This document shows positions 23,439 through 35,698 of a DNA stretch of 64,000 nt, one piece after another (the stretch's first letter is position 1; every line of letters starts with the position of its first letter). The notes beneath the pieces were generated by a model. The model saw nothing but the letters and a program-made list of their open reading frames with translations. It had not been told where the DNA came from and ran no database searches. Made by a program: the position numbers and the translations under genes. The DNA is from Hormiphora californensis (taxonomy: Eukaryota; Animalia; Ctenophora), in contig CM035362.1 of the NCBI GenBank assembly GCA_020137815.1, forward strand, positions 2,728,001 to 2,792,000, given 5' to 3'.

Positions 23439-24427
23439 TCTTTACTTTTTCGAGAACATGACCAGCAACTTCTTTCACTTAAATCTTTGGTTTTCAAGAG
23501 TTGGCAATATAACGTCCTGGAGTAATCAAAATACACTTTTTGTATTCAGTTATACAGAAGCGATGGCTTGAATTATAGCTGACCGCCTTTAAGTTATACT
23601 GCGGTGACCCTTTGTAACAGGCCCGTATGTGTGTAACACACGTTATAATGGGTGTATGGAATTCTAATTTTCATAGCTACTTTCATTGCCAACATTTACT
23701 TTTTCTTTCGCATTAATTTAAAAAGTTATACAAACTGTGCGTACCCTGAAATTTTGAAAAACTTCACGTCACCAAACGCTTGATTTAACTGTTCTTGTAT
23801 TGTTCAACCCCTTTTTATGGCAGTCTGGCTTGTCAAAAGTTGTTCTACCTTCTCAGTGGCTACCTTCTCAGTGGCCGGGTAAAACAGTCGTGCCTGAACC
23901 TGAGATCTCAGGTCACGACTGTTTTCCCCCATTGGCCATTATACAATACCCTACCCTCGAGATTTGTAAACACTTGTTTTAGCTTGAGCTATAACATGGC
24001 CCAATAATGTGAGGGAACTGATCATCATGAGAGTGCTGAGAGTTTTTAAGAACCGACGAAAAGTTCGACGGACTTCCTCAAATGGTAAGTGATAGATAAT
24101 TAGTTTAACTATAATTGATTATAATAACCAATGGTAGGTGGTAACTAACGGCCCGATTTACCGGAACACCTGAATTTTAGTTCATATAGGCCATTAGGCC
24201 CATACACTATGATAAAACTCCCGGCTCTTACATTTCCTCCGGTGGCCCGGTAATCTTGATAACCCCTTATACATGTACATTGTACATTGTACATACCCAT
24301 ATAATATTATCATCCTAACCCATATTTTACTTCAGCAGAAGTTGAGATTCTGGAGACGTTTGAGTGCAGCCCCGAAATAGAGCCCCTCGCTTTTGAGTAC
24401 AATGCTATTGACTCATACGGTAAGAAC

Positions 24428-24537
24428 CAGGAACCGACCGAATCAGGAAATACTGGTCCCTGATTGGCTGATAACCAGTCACGTGACCTGAATAACGAGT
24501 TCTGATTGGTTTGTTTACTTGTTTCGGTCGGTTCCTA
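24428..24537 (+). mobile_element. hAT-type MITE family A, copy 2
   Basis: Same sequence as 8750-8858; TSD GTAAGAAC. Confidence 0.9.
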
Positions 24538-24723
24538 GTAAGAACGTGGGTTGTAAGGTAAAAGACCCACATAGCTCCTAAGGTCAAGGTGATCTGGGAT
24601 GGTATGTAGACAGGCAACATAATTAGCTTTGAAGAATTAAAAACATCAAATCACATATATAACATCATACGTCATACAAACAGTGTCCTCAGTTCTCACG
24701 TATTTTTCATACTCACACTGTTT

Positions 24724-24977
24724 GGGGAAACTCTAACTGAATGCACGCGCAGTAATGGCAGCCCATCAACTGTAAAAATCTAACTGATAATGGGAGCCAT
24801 CACTCTGGGCGCACCATGATTTGCCACATTCTGCTCGTGAAAAAGGCCTTTACGTAGCGCGCGATGACAAACACACGGACATTGTCGCGCGTTTTGTCCA
24901 TCATTCGTTCCATTCAGTTAGATTTTTACGGTTGATGGGACGCCATTACTGCGCGCCCATTCAATTAGAGTTTCCCC
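24724..24977. mobile_element. MITE with ~65-bp imperfect TIRs (GGGGAAACTCTAA..), Harbinger-like
   Basis: Inverted termini; TTT on both flanks. Confidence 0.7.
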
Positions 24978-25000
24978 TTTCAGAGTAGAGAACTAATAAG

Positions 25001-25109
25001 CAGGAACTGACCGGACCAAGTAAACAACCAATCAGAGCTCGTTATTTAGGTCAAGTGACTGGTTATCAGCCAATCAGGGACCAGTATTTCCTGATTCGGT
25101 CGGTTCCTG
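25001..25109 (-). mobile_element. hAT-type MITE family A, copy 3
   Basis: TSD CTAATAAG. Confidence 0.9.
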
Positions 25110-25477
25110 CTAATAAGTATGACCAAAAAACGAGTATTGATTAGTCGGAAATCTTCTTTAGCGAATGTCACTTGATGGACTGTCATTATACTGTCGGAGT
25201 ACACGAGAACGAACAGTGGTCAGAACATTGGCCTCACAGCTGTTGATCAGGTTCTGTTATGTTGTTCTGGTTGTTCAAGCTCTGCCACTGCCATGCCAGA
25301 AGAAGACAATATAGTCCTAGGAGAAGAAGATAAAGGACCAACTTACAAAAAAGTACCCCGGTATGTTTACCATAAGTACTCGGGTAAGTTTTATCAAAAC
25401 ACACACGGGTATACAATGTACTATACAAACCCTGCAACGACAAAAGTAAACGTTCTTTTTTGTAAGTTGCTCTGTTA

Positions 25478-25586
25478 CAGGAACCGACCGAACCAGGAAA
25501 TACTGGTCCCTGATTGGCTGATAACCAGTCACGTAACCTAAATAACGGGTTCTGATTGGTTGTTTACTTGTTTCGGTCGGTTCCTG
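25478..25586 (+). mobile_element. hAT-type MITE family A, copy 4
   Basis: TSD CTCTGTTA. Confidence 0.9.
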
Positions 25587-26594
25587 CTCTGTTAGTGTAC
25601 GTACATGTACGTGGAAATGTGACATTGTAGACAGCAAAGAACCATGGGCTAGGAACAACCAGAGACGTAGAGTGAGAGAGAGATAGAGAGTGTTATGGTC
25701 AGTAGTTCATTAATTGTAATTGGCTAAGGCTTTAATTTAGTTCCCCAGCCCAAAACACACAAAACTAATGCAAAAATTGGTCTGGAAACCACCCAAAGCT
25801 AACTCGAATACATCATCAAATTAGATACTAAAATTTGTAGTTTTTAAGCCGTCTTAACAGATGCGACACGTGGAATCAGTGCCGAAGCCATGGCACTTGG
25901 AATCAGAGACCACAACAAAATTCAAAACCTCGGCTCCTTTTAATTAGAAAGCAACTACAATGTATAGGCCATGGTACTACAGGGGTTCTATATAAATTGA
26001 TATCCTTAAATAGTCAGCGTTTACGCAGTAAATATGCATGGAATTACATTCGTAAAAAGTGCGTTTTTCTTGCATGTATACCACGGCAGCTAGATCAGCA
26101 AAACAAAAGTGATAAAATTAATTAGAAGGTGCAGTTCGTTATTTTATGAAAGGAAAGTAAGAACTAAATTAGTAGCTAATTGTGGCATAGAGAGAGAGGG
26201 GGGAGATAGAAAGATACTTTATAAGAGAAAAGAGAAAGTTTTTGTGTAGGAAGTTTAAGAGTAATTAACACACATGCCAAGTCGCAAAAATAGCAAAATT
26301 TGGTACAAATTGCAAAGTTGCATACCGCAGTACCGCCCTGCTGCTGCACAGTACTGCATTACACATGCGTTAGAGTGTGAGAGTGAGAGAGAATGAGAGA
26401 GAGAGGAGAATTATTCGTTTTATTCCGAGCAATGAAAAATTAACTGGAGGGAGTCTGGCTATCCCTAATTATTTTTGTCTGACAGATGAACCGGTCTAGA
26501 AAATTAAAATGTGAACTGCACTGCTGACTCCTTGCCACGTTCTAACCCTCCTTTACGATATTTGTAAAATTTCAGATTCTGAAAACAGACGGTA

Positions 26595-26810
26595 ATCCGA
26601 ACCGAACCGAACTGTTTTTCAGCAAAAATAAACCGAACCGAACCGAAAAAATCTTGAGCTCCAGAAACCGAACCGAACCGAAACCGAACCGAATAAATGT
26701 TTGACCTCCATAAACCGAACCGAACCGAACCGAAAAAAAATTGGCCTCCATAAACCGAAAGAATTTTTGGCCTCCAAAAACCGAACCGAACTTGAAAATC
26801 GTAAACCGTC
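26595..26810. repeat. (AACCG)n-rich array, probably a transposon subterminal region
   Basis: Repeated AAACCGAACCGAACC units. Confidence 0.6.
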
Positions 26811-27192
26811 TGTTTCCTATTTCAGAATAGACATGTGCCTCTCTGCCATCTAGTCGGAGGGTGCAGTGAGAGAGGGACGAGCAAGGTAAATTTATCCTCC
26901 TCAATTCCGATGGAAGTTCCATGACGAATAATTTGTGTGTCTTAATTAGGCGTCCTATTGTTGGATGTGAAAGTATATATTTATTTTTGATCCCATATGG
27001 GTGTGACATTTTCGTTAATAAACTCAGCATCTCGACATAACGATTCCCACGGCTGCACAACCTAGATTCACACCCTCATGCGCAGCTTGTCTCTCGAGTT
27101 TTGGGGTCGTTCATACCCACCCCTTTAGCCATTCACAGCGGTTATACTCAGGTTGCATATATCCCTGCATGACGTACACATGCAAATGCTGC

Positions 27193-27193
<1 letters not shown>

Positions 27194-27267
<74 letters not shown>

Positions 27268-27292
27268 GAGAGAGAGAAAGCGAGAGAGAGAG
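27194..27292. repeat. (GA)n microsatellite
   Basis: Direct observation; 125 bp upstream of the lectin gene ATG. Confidence 0.95.
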
Positions 27293-27415
27293 AATGAACC
27301 GTTTCGGTTGTTTTGATTGCCCCCGGTGTCACCGCTCATGCGTAAACAAACACAAGCGGGGTAGAAAATCTACATAAAACGGTTGCAGTCGATCAATCAG
27401 AGAGATATTTCTTTC

Positions 27416-30400
27416 ATGATGTTTCGTGTCGTTATCCTGTCAGCTCTCGCTGTGCTGGCTTCTGCCTCAGGTATGTCCAGCCCACTAGTATGCTAGTGCA
27501 GGGACAAGTTATTACAGTTTGGAAAATACTGATAAAAACTTTCAATTCTTCAACTTCATAATCATTAGATAAGCAAAACTAAAACGAACTGGCCGCGTGT
27601 CATGCATGTGAGTCTCAAAAGTGAGCGTAACGTATTGACATGTTTGTACGCGCCTAAGGGGCCGAATGGACAGACTGCGTAGCATATGGCAAGTAACGTA
27701 CAGCCAGTTCGTTTTAGTTTCGCTTCCATTTTAGTACTAATTTTTTTGCTTGTTGAGTGACATCATCAATTCTTGCAGTTTGCTCAACCAACCCATGCGG
27801 TGTCATGGGTAGCGAGTGCTACGAGGTGGACAGTGTAAGAAACAGGTGTGTCTGTCCAACTGGATACATGGAGGTCTTCGCTACCAATACTACCAGGTTA
27901 GACATTGCACAGACAGGGTTAGAGGGAGTCAGTTGGGGAACAGTTGTGAGCGTGAACTTTTTTATTTGAGCCAGGAACCGACCGAATCAGGAAATACTGG
28001 TCCCTGATTGGCTGATAACCAGTCACGTGACCTAAATAACGAGTTATGATTGCTTTTTTACTTGTTTCGGTCGGTTCATGATTTGAGCAGCCGTGACTGA
28101 AAACTGAGGTTCAGTTGTCCTTCATTCCCCCTACCCCAGGACATGTCAAGATGTGGACGAATGCAGGTTCACTAACCCCTCCCTATCCCAGGACACCACC
28201 ACCCCCCTTGTAACCATGACAACTATAACTCCCCCTACCCCAGGACATGTCAAGATGTGGACGAGTGCAGGTTCACTAAGATGGCGTGCGGGGATAATGC
28301 TAATTGTGTCAACACCGAGGGATCATTCACTTGTTCATGCTACAAGAAGTTCTACTGGGATGGATACCAATGTCAGAGGAGTAAGTCAATCCATGCACTA
28401 AACACACAAACAAACGTAATTACAAACAAACATAGTTACCATGGTTACTAGAAATTATCCCAGTTACTTTTTGCAAAATACGACAGTTACATCCGCGGGA
28501 TAATTCATCAGAAACCAGAGAAATTATTGTTCAAAACACAGGGTAGTAATATCTTGACCAACTATTAAATTCTGTGTTAACTTTCACACACTCATCATCC
28601 TCAGAGGGACAGAACAAAGACTGCTCACAGGAATTCCCAGAGTTCCTGGTACGACCCCAGGAGTCAGTGAAACTGGAACTAGGAGATGAACTGAAACTCA
28701 GCTGTGTTGCCACTGGTTAGTGAAGCTATATAAACCTTGGTGACATATAGACACCTGGCGCGACCCCTGCTCAATCTTGGTCGCGCCAGGTGTCTATGTC
28801 ACCAAATATAAACCATATCTACCTCTAATAGATGAACCTTCTTTAGAACCCTCAAAATTAGTGAAAGCGAAGATGGGACGGGTTCGAACTTGCCTAGCTC
28901 TAGACAGAGACTGTCCTTCGCGTGCCCCAAGTTCGAACTACAACTTCAGGCCTAAAAAGCCGTGACTGGAAACTAAGGTTCATTCAGCAGTAGACAACAC
29001 ACTATCCCCACTTCAGGCTCCCCTGCACCCAATATCTACTGGACAAAGGGACCCAAGAGGGTGAGAATGGGTCCCACTTCCCGGGAATCTTCTACCTTTA
29101 TTATCCCAAATGTCACAAAGGCAGATATTGATCTTTACGAGTGTGTGATCGAGGATTGTTGCTCCGGAAGGACCCTCAGATCAAGGGTAGGTTACTAGGG
29201 GTGGTTACTAGGGGTGGTCAGGGCTGGCTCCAGCCTGATATTTCTGGGGGGGTGCCACTGTTTCCTAATAGTATCATTTGCGACCGGAGCGCCCGAAGGG
29301 CGCGCAGGGAGCTCCAACCGGGGGGGGGGGGGGTTTGGGGGGCGAAGCCCCCGGAAATTTTTAAACTAAATCAAGCAAATTTTAGGGTTTTTAATCATTT
29401 GTGACGTCTACTTTCTAGATTTATGAATGCTACAAAATTCTCTCTCTTACTTAGTGATGTTCACTAGGTGATCTGTCAAAAATTCCTGAAATTTTACAAA
29501 AATTTTGTATTTTTGGGGTGGTTTCCCAATCCAAATGGTCTCAGACAGTCTTGGCAGCTTCGCTGCCAGGAATTTTTGGGGGGGTGTGCACCCCCTGCAC
29601 CCCCCGCCTGGAGCCAGCCCTGGGGGTGGTTACTAGTCACTGGTTACTAGTCACTGGTTACTAGGGGTGGTTACTAGGGGGTGTTACTCGGGGTGGTTAC
29701 TAGGGGTGGTTACTCGGGGTGGTTACTTGGGGGTGTTACTAGGGATGGTTACTAGGGGGTGGTTACTAGGGGTGGCTGGTCTGGAAGGACCATCAGATCA
29801 AGGGTAGGTTGTTTGAGGCTTGAATGATAATTCTGATGGTAAATTATCCCATCGAGGGAAGGTTAAGTAAGGCCTGGTCTCCACTCCTTGCTCAAAAAAT
29901 CGAGGGTAGGAATCAAGTTCCCGTTAAATATTCGACTTGAACGTTCTGGCGGATAGTAAACTGAAAAGTGCAAACTACAGCTAATATACCTGGCTGTTTG
30001 GTTTACGATTTTCGTCTCACTGAACAGCCCCTTCATATTTATTAGGTGGATGTTTCGGTGCCCTCGATGCCCTGCATAGCCGATACTGGACTTCAAATGT
30101 TTGCAATGGTATGGGAGTATAAAACCTGGGACGAGGCGAAAGATTTCTGTGAGGAAAAGGTATAAAATATTTGCACCCGTGCCATCTGTCATGCTAGTGT
30201 AATATCTGAATCAAACTCTTTCTGACAAAAGAGTTCATTTCGTTAAAGCGCATGCCCCGTAATTTAAGCTTTCGATGAACTTTTCATTATTTCTTTCTTT
30301 CCAGGGTTTCAAATTGGCTGTGGTGAGGAATGAGGAGCAGAGGAGGACAATTAGACAAGATGCGTGGAGGTGCTTCCTCAGGGACCCCAACGGGAAGAAG

Positions 30401-31286
30401 TTCGGAAACCAGTACTGGGTGAGTAGTTGATTCCAACAGTACATTGCTTGCCTAGCTATAGACTCTGTTTTGCGTGGCCCGACACACAAATGTAAAGGAG
30501 GGTTAGAACATAACAGTACAATTCGTGTTGAACGCAATTTATTGAAAGAACATTCCATTTCCCCATTCAATATATCCTCAATTGCTGTCCAGCACGCACA
30601 CTATTCAGAAAACAAAGAGTCAAGTATGAATGAGGTTGTGGGGATCACTGGTGGATTGTAGTCATTTGTTGTGCCAGACAGCTTAACCAACCATATTTCA
30701 GTTGTGGCTGGGAGCAAGTGACACAGAGAAGGAGGGAACATTCAGGGAGGTCGATGGAAGGGACGCTGACGATGGAAATTGGATGGTCGGAACACCAGAT
30801 AACTGGTCTAAACTCTCAGAGGAAGGTGCGTATAATTAACAGTGCAGGTTACCCAAAGTGGGGATTACCCACTGGCTGGATTACCCAATTCCCCAAAATC
30901 CAGCTATAAGTGGGTAATCCCTACGGCCTAGATTGGGTAATACAATAGGGAATCATAACTGGTCTAAACTCTCAGAGGAAGGTGCGTATAATATTAATTC
31001 ACCCCGGGATTTTACCGGGCATTTACCGTACAAAACCCTGTCCCCCGAGAAGATAGGTATATAGAAAAGGGTAACCAATGGTTAACCGAAGGGTAACCAA
31101 AGTATACTTAATGGTTACTAACAATGGTTAACCGAAGGGTAACCAAAGTATACTTAATGGTTACTAACAATACAAATCAACCCCACAGGGCAAGACCACG
31201 TTGCGATGCACAGGCTCACTGGCCGCTGGGATGATTCCTATGGCTTCCACCGTCGACCCTTCGCTTGCCAGTGCAAGGACGCCTAA
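27416..31286 (+). CDS. Secreted multidomain protein: signal peptide - EGF - Ca-binding EGF - Ig - C-type lectin domain (9 exons)
   Basis: MMFRVVILSALAVLASAS; CSTNPCGVMGSEC..CVCPTGY; DVDECRF..CGDNANCVNTEGSFTCSC..GYQC; PEFLVRP..LKLSCVATGSPAPNIYWTK..DIDLYEC; KTWDEAKDFCEEKGFKLAVV..WLGASD..EGTF..W..GTPDN..GRWDD..RPFACQC* on GT-AG exons. Confidence 0.88.
27972..28080 (+). mobile_element. hAT-type MITE family A, copy 5 (intronic)
   Basis: TSD ATTTGAGC. Confidence 0.9.
28737..28805. mobile_element. 69-bp hairpin MITE (family B), 9-bp TSD
   Basis: TTGGTGACATA..GACACCTGGCGCGACC / GGTCGCGCCAGGTGTCTATGTCACCAA; TSD ATATAAACC. Confidence 0.85.
29219..29622. mobile_element. hAT-type MITE inserted in a 13-bp G-rich minisatellite (GGTTACTAGGGGT, 29190-29776)
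   Basis: 15-bp TIR CAGGGCTGGCTCCAG; 8-bp TSD GGGGTGGT. Confidence 0.88.
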
Positions 31287-31829
31287 TTTAGTAATTTTCC
31301 TGGTTATACTTATATATATTGGAAGATATTGGGAGACGATATGTTTAATAAAGCGGGTAAAATAATTTTATATTTACTGTAAATAACTGTACATCACGAA
31401 AAATCTATTCAAATAAATCATTTGCTTTTTCCTTCTAATATCAGTTCACTCTATCTACAATCAGTTCTTTAAGTTACTGGTTTACTTTTTCCGTCAATTA
31501 TCAACGATTCTGTTCTTAATTTAAGAGTTCTGGACATATAATGATATCAGCTTAGAGGCCATCTTCGTCTGCGTAATCAAGCGGAGTTATCTTTGATCCG
31601 GAGTGGAAAAATGATCCTCCCATTTGGAATGCTGAAATAATTGAAAAATTTAGACACATAGAAGCAACAAAAAATGGAAAAAGATCACTGTTTTACGAAA
31701 CATATTCAGTGGTTCAAATCCTGCAGAGCATTGATCTAATTCCCTATTGTCTATCTGCGAGAACAGTGGTCAGAGCATTGGCATGGCAGTGCTCACAAGT
31801 GTCCATATAATATGAGCTACACGCAGTAC

Positions 31830-32135
31830 TAACATTGCACTGCCGAACCCTCACAGAGCCTAGAAAGGCTCTGTGGTGAGGTCGTTTTAAAAAGTAGTTC
31901 GGAACGATACCGTGGTGCTGATCTCCTATTTCTCATGGCGTTCAGCAACGGTCCATTTTTGGTACAGATTTCTCTGCAGCATAGCCCGGGCGCCACCCCA
32001 GGCAGGCAACCAAATTGGTTAAATATGCACCGTTTTTGCGAGCCTCTCGAAAGAGCCTCTACCAATCATAGTCTAGATGGCATTGCGCTAGTCCAGGCCC
32101 GAACCTGTGACCTAGCGCGTGGAAGGCGAGTGTAC
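31830..32135 (-). mobile_element. tRNA-derived SINE, diverged copy missing the A box
   Basis: Homologous to 57169-57759 (GGTACAGATTTCTCTGCAGC, CTACCAATCATAG, AGGCGAGTGTAC); B-box-like GGTTCGGGCC. Confidence 0.65.
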
Positions 32136-32218
32136 AAAAGTGACCACAGTGACCACAGTTCTCGCACGCTCCGAATAGGTTCAGGCCAATTCTCTGACAG
32201 TACTGTGCAGCTGCAGTA

Positions 32219-32482
32219 CTAACCAGGCTTGGTGGTTTTCTGTCCAGGCCATGCCTTCAACACATTGTTTAACTTATTAATCTGATCGGGGGAGTACATT
32301 TCCATCGGCATCTGCTGGGTGGGAACGGGTTTCTGTTCCGACATCTCGGGCGGTAAATCCTCCACAACTAGACCAGGAATTTCGATATCATCAGCAATTA
32401 GATCAGGAATATCGACATTATCAGCAATTAGACCAGGAGGAGGAGGGGGATCTTCCTTGATGACTCCTTTTGGTTTGGAAAC
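32219..32482 (-). CDS. Probable terminal exon of an unidentified gene (Pro/acidic-rich)
   Basis: Open frame SKPKGVIKEDPPPPPGLIADNVDIPDLIADDIEIPGL..KAWPGQKTTKPG* after acceptor CCCCATTCAG; upstream exons not resolved. Confidence 0.4.
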   Translation of the reverse strand, partial: VSKPKGVIKEDPPPPPGLIADNVDIPDLIADDIEIPGLVVEDLPPEMSEQKPVPTQQMPMEMYSPDQINKLNNVLKAWPGQKTTKPG

Positions 32483-32661
32483 TGAATGGGGATGTACATT
32501 ATTATTATACGTGTTTAATGTTTTGTTCAAAGGAGGGTCAAAAATAATAATAATAATATAAAGGAGGGTCAAACAAAACAAGGAATTATCATCATGAGGA
32601 ACACGTGCAGCAGGAGACGGTGCATCTAACAATAATTGTTAAATATAAAGATGGCGCCACC

Positions 32662-32709
32662 TTGGTGTGTGAGCTCAATCTTGGTCTCGCACGGTGTCTA
32701 TGTCACCAA
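32662..32709. mobile_element. 48-bp deletion derivative of MITE family B
   Basis: TTGGTG..GGTGTCTATGTCACCAA; perfect 9-bp TSD GGCGCCACC. Confidence 0.8.
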
Positions 32710-32882
32710 GGCGCCACCCAGACGATCACGTGCTCCTCATGCTAATTACCTCATGGTGTAATGGAATTCTCCTTGGTGGTACACACATTCTGCATTCAGA
32801 AGCACTTCTTATGATTGTACCCAGTTTTATTTGTACTACCCTCACAGAACCGTTGACAAAGTTTTTAATTCCCCGAGTACTA

Positions 32883-33009
32883 CAGGGTGTTCATCTTGGA
32901 TCTTTACAAGCGTTGAGCATCACGTAGAAGAGAGTTGACAAGATTATCATATGAAACTTCATACTTTAACTTTGTATTTTAACGCTTAAGATCCAAAATG
33001 AACACCGTG
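32883..33009. mobile_element. Tc1/mariner-type MITE
   Basis: CAGGGTGTTCATCTTGGATCTT / AAGATCCAAAATGAACACCGTG; TA flanks. Confidence 0.7.
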
Positions 33010-33205
33010 TACTAAAATACCTTGTTGATCTACGCTTTGTCAGCTTTCCTAAAATTACAGTTGGCCTGCGGTACTGTCTGCCTTGTATTAGTTTGTTTAA
33101 CAAGTAATAGATGTGTGCCCTAAGGGTTTTCTAGACCGGGGGGGGGGGGGGGGGGGAGATGCGATCCATCCTTGTTGAGTCCATCCCTTGGTCAACAGTT
33201 CAGTG

Positions 33206-33314
33206 CAGGAACCGACCGAATCAGGAAATACTAGTCCCTGATTGGCTGATTACCAGTCACGTGACCTAAATACCGAGTTCTGATTGGCTGTTTACTTAAT
33301 TCGGTCGGTTCCTG
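33206..33314 (+). mobile_element. hAT-type MITE family A, copy 6
   Basis: TSD GTTCAGTG. Confidence 0.9.
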
Positions 33315-33438
33315 GTTCAGTGACCGTGATAAGACCAAAGGGTGCTACATGAACAAAAATAAGACATTGTTTGTGAGTCCTCCGAGGAACAACATTATGC
33401 ACAGTCAGGGAGAATAATCATAAAGCTAGGGCGTGGGT

Positions 33439-33547
33439 CAGGAACCGACCGAAACAAGTAAACAACCAATCAGAACTCGTTATTTAGGTCACGTGACTGG
33501 TTATCAGCCAATCGGGGACTAGTATTTCCTGATTCGGTCGGTTCCTG
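33439..33547 (-). mobile_element. hAT-type MITE family A, copy 7 (flanks do not match)
   Basis: Intact TIRs; flanks GCGTGGGT vs GCGACTAC. Confidence 0.85.
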
Positions 33548-33795
33548 GCGACTACAAACACGTTTGGTAGAATGATGTAATAGTAACTGAAAATAACACA
33601 GTTCACACAAGAAGATTAATACTGACAATAGCAGCTGAATAGATTGTATCCTTTTTGGGAATATGAAAAAAACAGAAATACAGCTCTGGGAAAAACCTAG
33701 AAATATAAACAGTACCTATCAGCTAAGTATAATATTGACAATCCGAGTAACGGGTGTCCGTGTAAAGAACGCAGTTCAAACTTGAGTAGACCCAT

Positions 33796-35013
33796 CTAGC
33801 TGGAGTATATACCCTGTTCGGCACAGGAGCAGATGACCTCTCCCCCAGTTACGCCATGTACAGAACAAGATCTAATCGCTCCCTCGGAGATTTTGTGATC
33901 ATGTTGGCAACTCAGCGGGACGGTATCGGGCGGCAAGTCACTCCGTTTCACGTGAGGCGTCAGGACAAAGTCTTTCCGGACTAAAAAGGCTCTGACGTGA
34001 GTCTTTCTCTTGCTTCTGATGTGAATTATCTTTGATGGAAAATGCTGCGGGTTTAACAGAAGGGGACTTCCATGGAAACTGAGCCTGTGTTTTTTACCGA
34101 CTGTCTTTACTTCGAGTTCGTTTGGCTCCTCAAAAAACTCTGATTTTTCCATTACTGTAGTGTCCCAAAAAGATGGGTCAGTTACTGAACTCTTACTCTC
34201 GCCCGATGAGGGATCTGCAGTACTGTTTGCCTCTGAAGAATCAGGGGTGGGCGCCTCAATGTTAATCGAGGGCATGCCGAGGGCACTTTCTAATGGTAGA
34301 GTCACATTGTCGGGGGAGTCAAGTAGTGATTTTTGAGTTAAATCAGGGCTAGAAAGGGTCGGTGGTGGAGTAGCGTGCTCCGTTCCCACGCTCTCCTCCT
34401 CAACAATCAGGGGCATATCCTCCTCAAAATCACCAAAATATTCAGGGTCGAGATCTCCAAACATGAGGTCAAAGATTCCAGGAGATCGTTGGGTTGAGGT
34501 GGGTAGGACAGGGATGAAGGAAATGGGAGCAATCAAAGGCGGGGAGGATGATTTCACCACTCGTTCTAGTTCTGCAAGGATTTGGGGCTGTTTAGCGCAA
34601 GTGAAAATGTGGGCTCAGACATAAAACGTGCTTAAACAGCCCCAAATCTTGCAGAAACAATATTTTGAATGGTGAGATCAGCAAGCACAGCAAATGATTA
34701 GCAATTAGATCATAACTAAAGTACTTACTACTTACGCTAGCAATTATGACAGCAAAACAAAACAAAGATGTGAGTAATATCATGAATATACAGCGATTCG
34801 AAACGACAAAAAATGACCAGAAGATGAAAAGTACTCACCTTGATTGGTAGAATTGTGTGGCTGTAGGCTGCTCGTTTGTTTTTCTGTAACCGAGCTATTA
34901 GCTCGAAGTCTAGCCAGGGCGGATGGGTCCATCCAGGAATTAGCCATCTGAGGGCTCATTAGTCCCCCTGCAGCACCCGTCATAAAGGGTGTCATGGGCT
35001 GGCCGTAGGACAT
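33796..35013 (-). CDS. Two-exon ORF of unknown function (~317 aa; Ser/Pro/acidic with a Cys/His-rich C-terminus) between imperfect inverted repeats
   Basis: Exon 35013-34839 (donor AG|GTGAGT) splices in frame to 34571-33796 (acceptor CCTTGCAG); no recognised domain. Confidence 0.5.
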
Positions 35014-35698
35014 GGTGTTTCCTGTGGGGATGGTCAGAGTAGGGATCAACTTCGTGATTGCGATTTAAAGTTCTTTGAGGCAGCGGATTACGGGGGATAG
35101 ATCGCCCAAATAGTTGTGGTGAAAATGCAGTGGTGTAATGCGCAGATGAAACGTTTGGGCAGTCTAATCGGGCGACGGGCAGTCTATTCGGGCTCTCCAT
35201 TCGAGCCCCCGCAATCCCCCGTGTGACCCTAACCCGCTGCCTAATTGGTCTAGGCGATATAGCTTTTGTTCATGTGACACCGTCTTACTATCTATCTATA
35301 GATAGAGACCGTCTTACTAAAACTTACGTTGACATCCACCGCCTCCACAGCAATTCCTTTTTGTTTTTGTTTGGGTAAGGCTGGCAGTCATCTCTACGAG
35401 CGAGCTGAGTAGTGGACCAGTGTCAAAATGAGGGGCACTGATTCGGTGGACCTGCCGTCGATCGTTCTTGAACAAAACCCTAGAAAAGTTTTTATGAACA
35501 ACCGAATGGTTTTTTCTTCTTCTCTCTCTCTCACTCTCTTTTTCTCTTTCTCTCTTCCTTCCAAGTGTCTCAACTTCTTTCAACACGTGCCCATCTTCTC
35601 TTAGCTTCTCTTAGCTGCTATCTCACTTTCTCTCTGATCAGATCTCATTCATGATAGCTTTAGAACTCTATGACCAGCTACCAAAGGGGTCTGCTTTT

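Noticed and set aside
14657-23571. Many short ORFs over the rRNA genes
   Set aside because: Incidental frames in rRNA; only the R2 frame has protein motifs.
27111-27377. ER/SL-repeat ORFs
   Set aside because: Translations of the (GA)n microsatellite.
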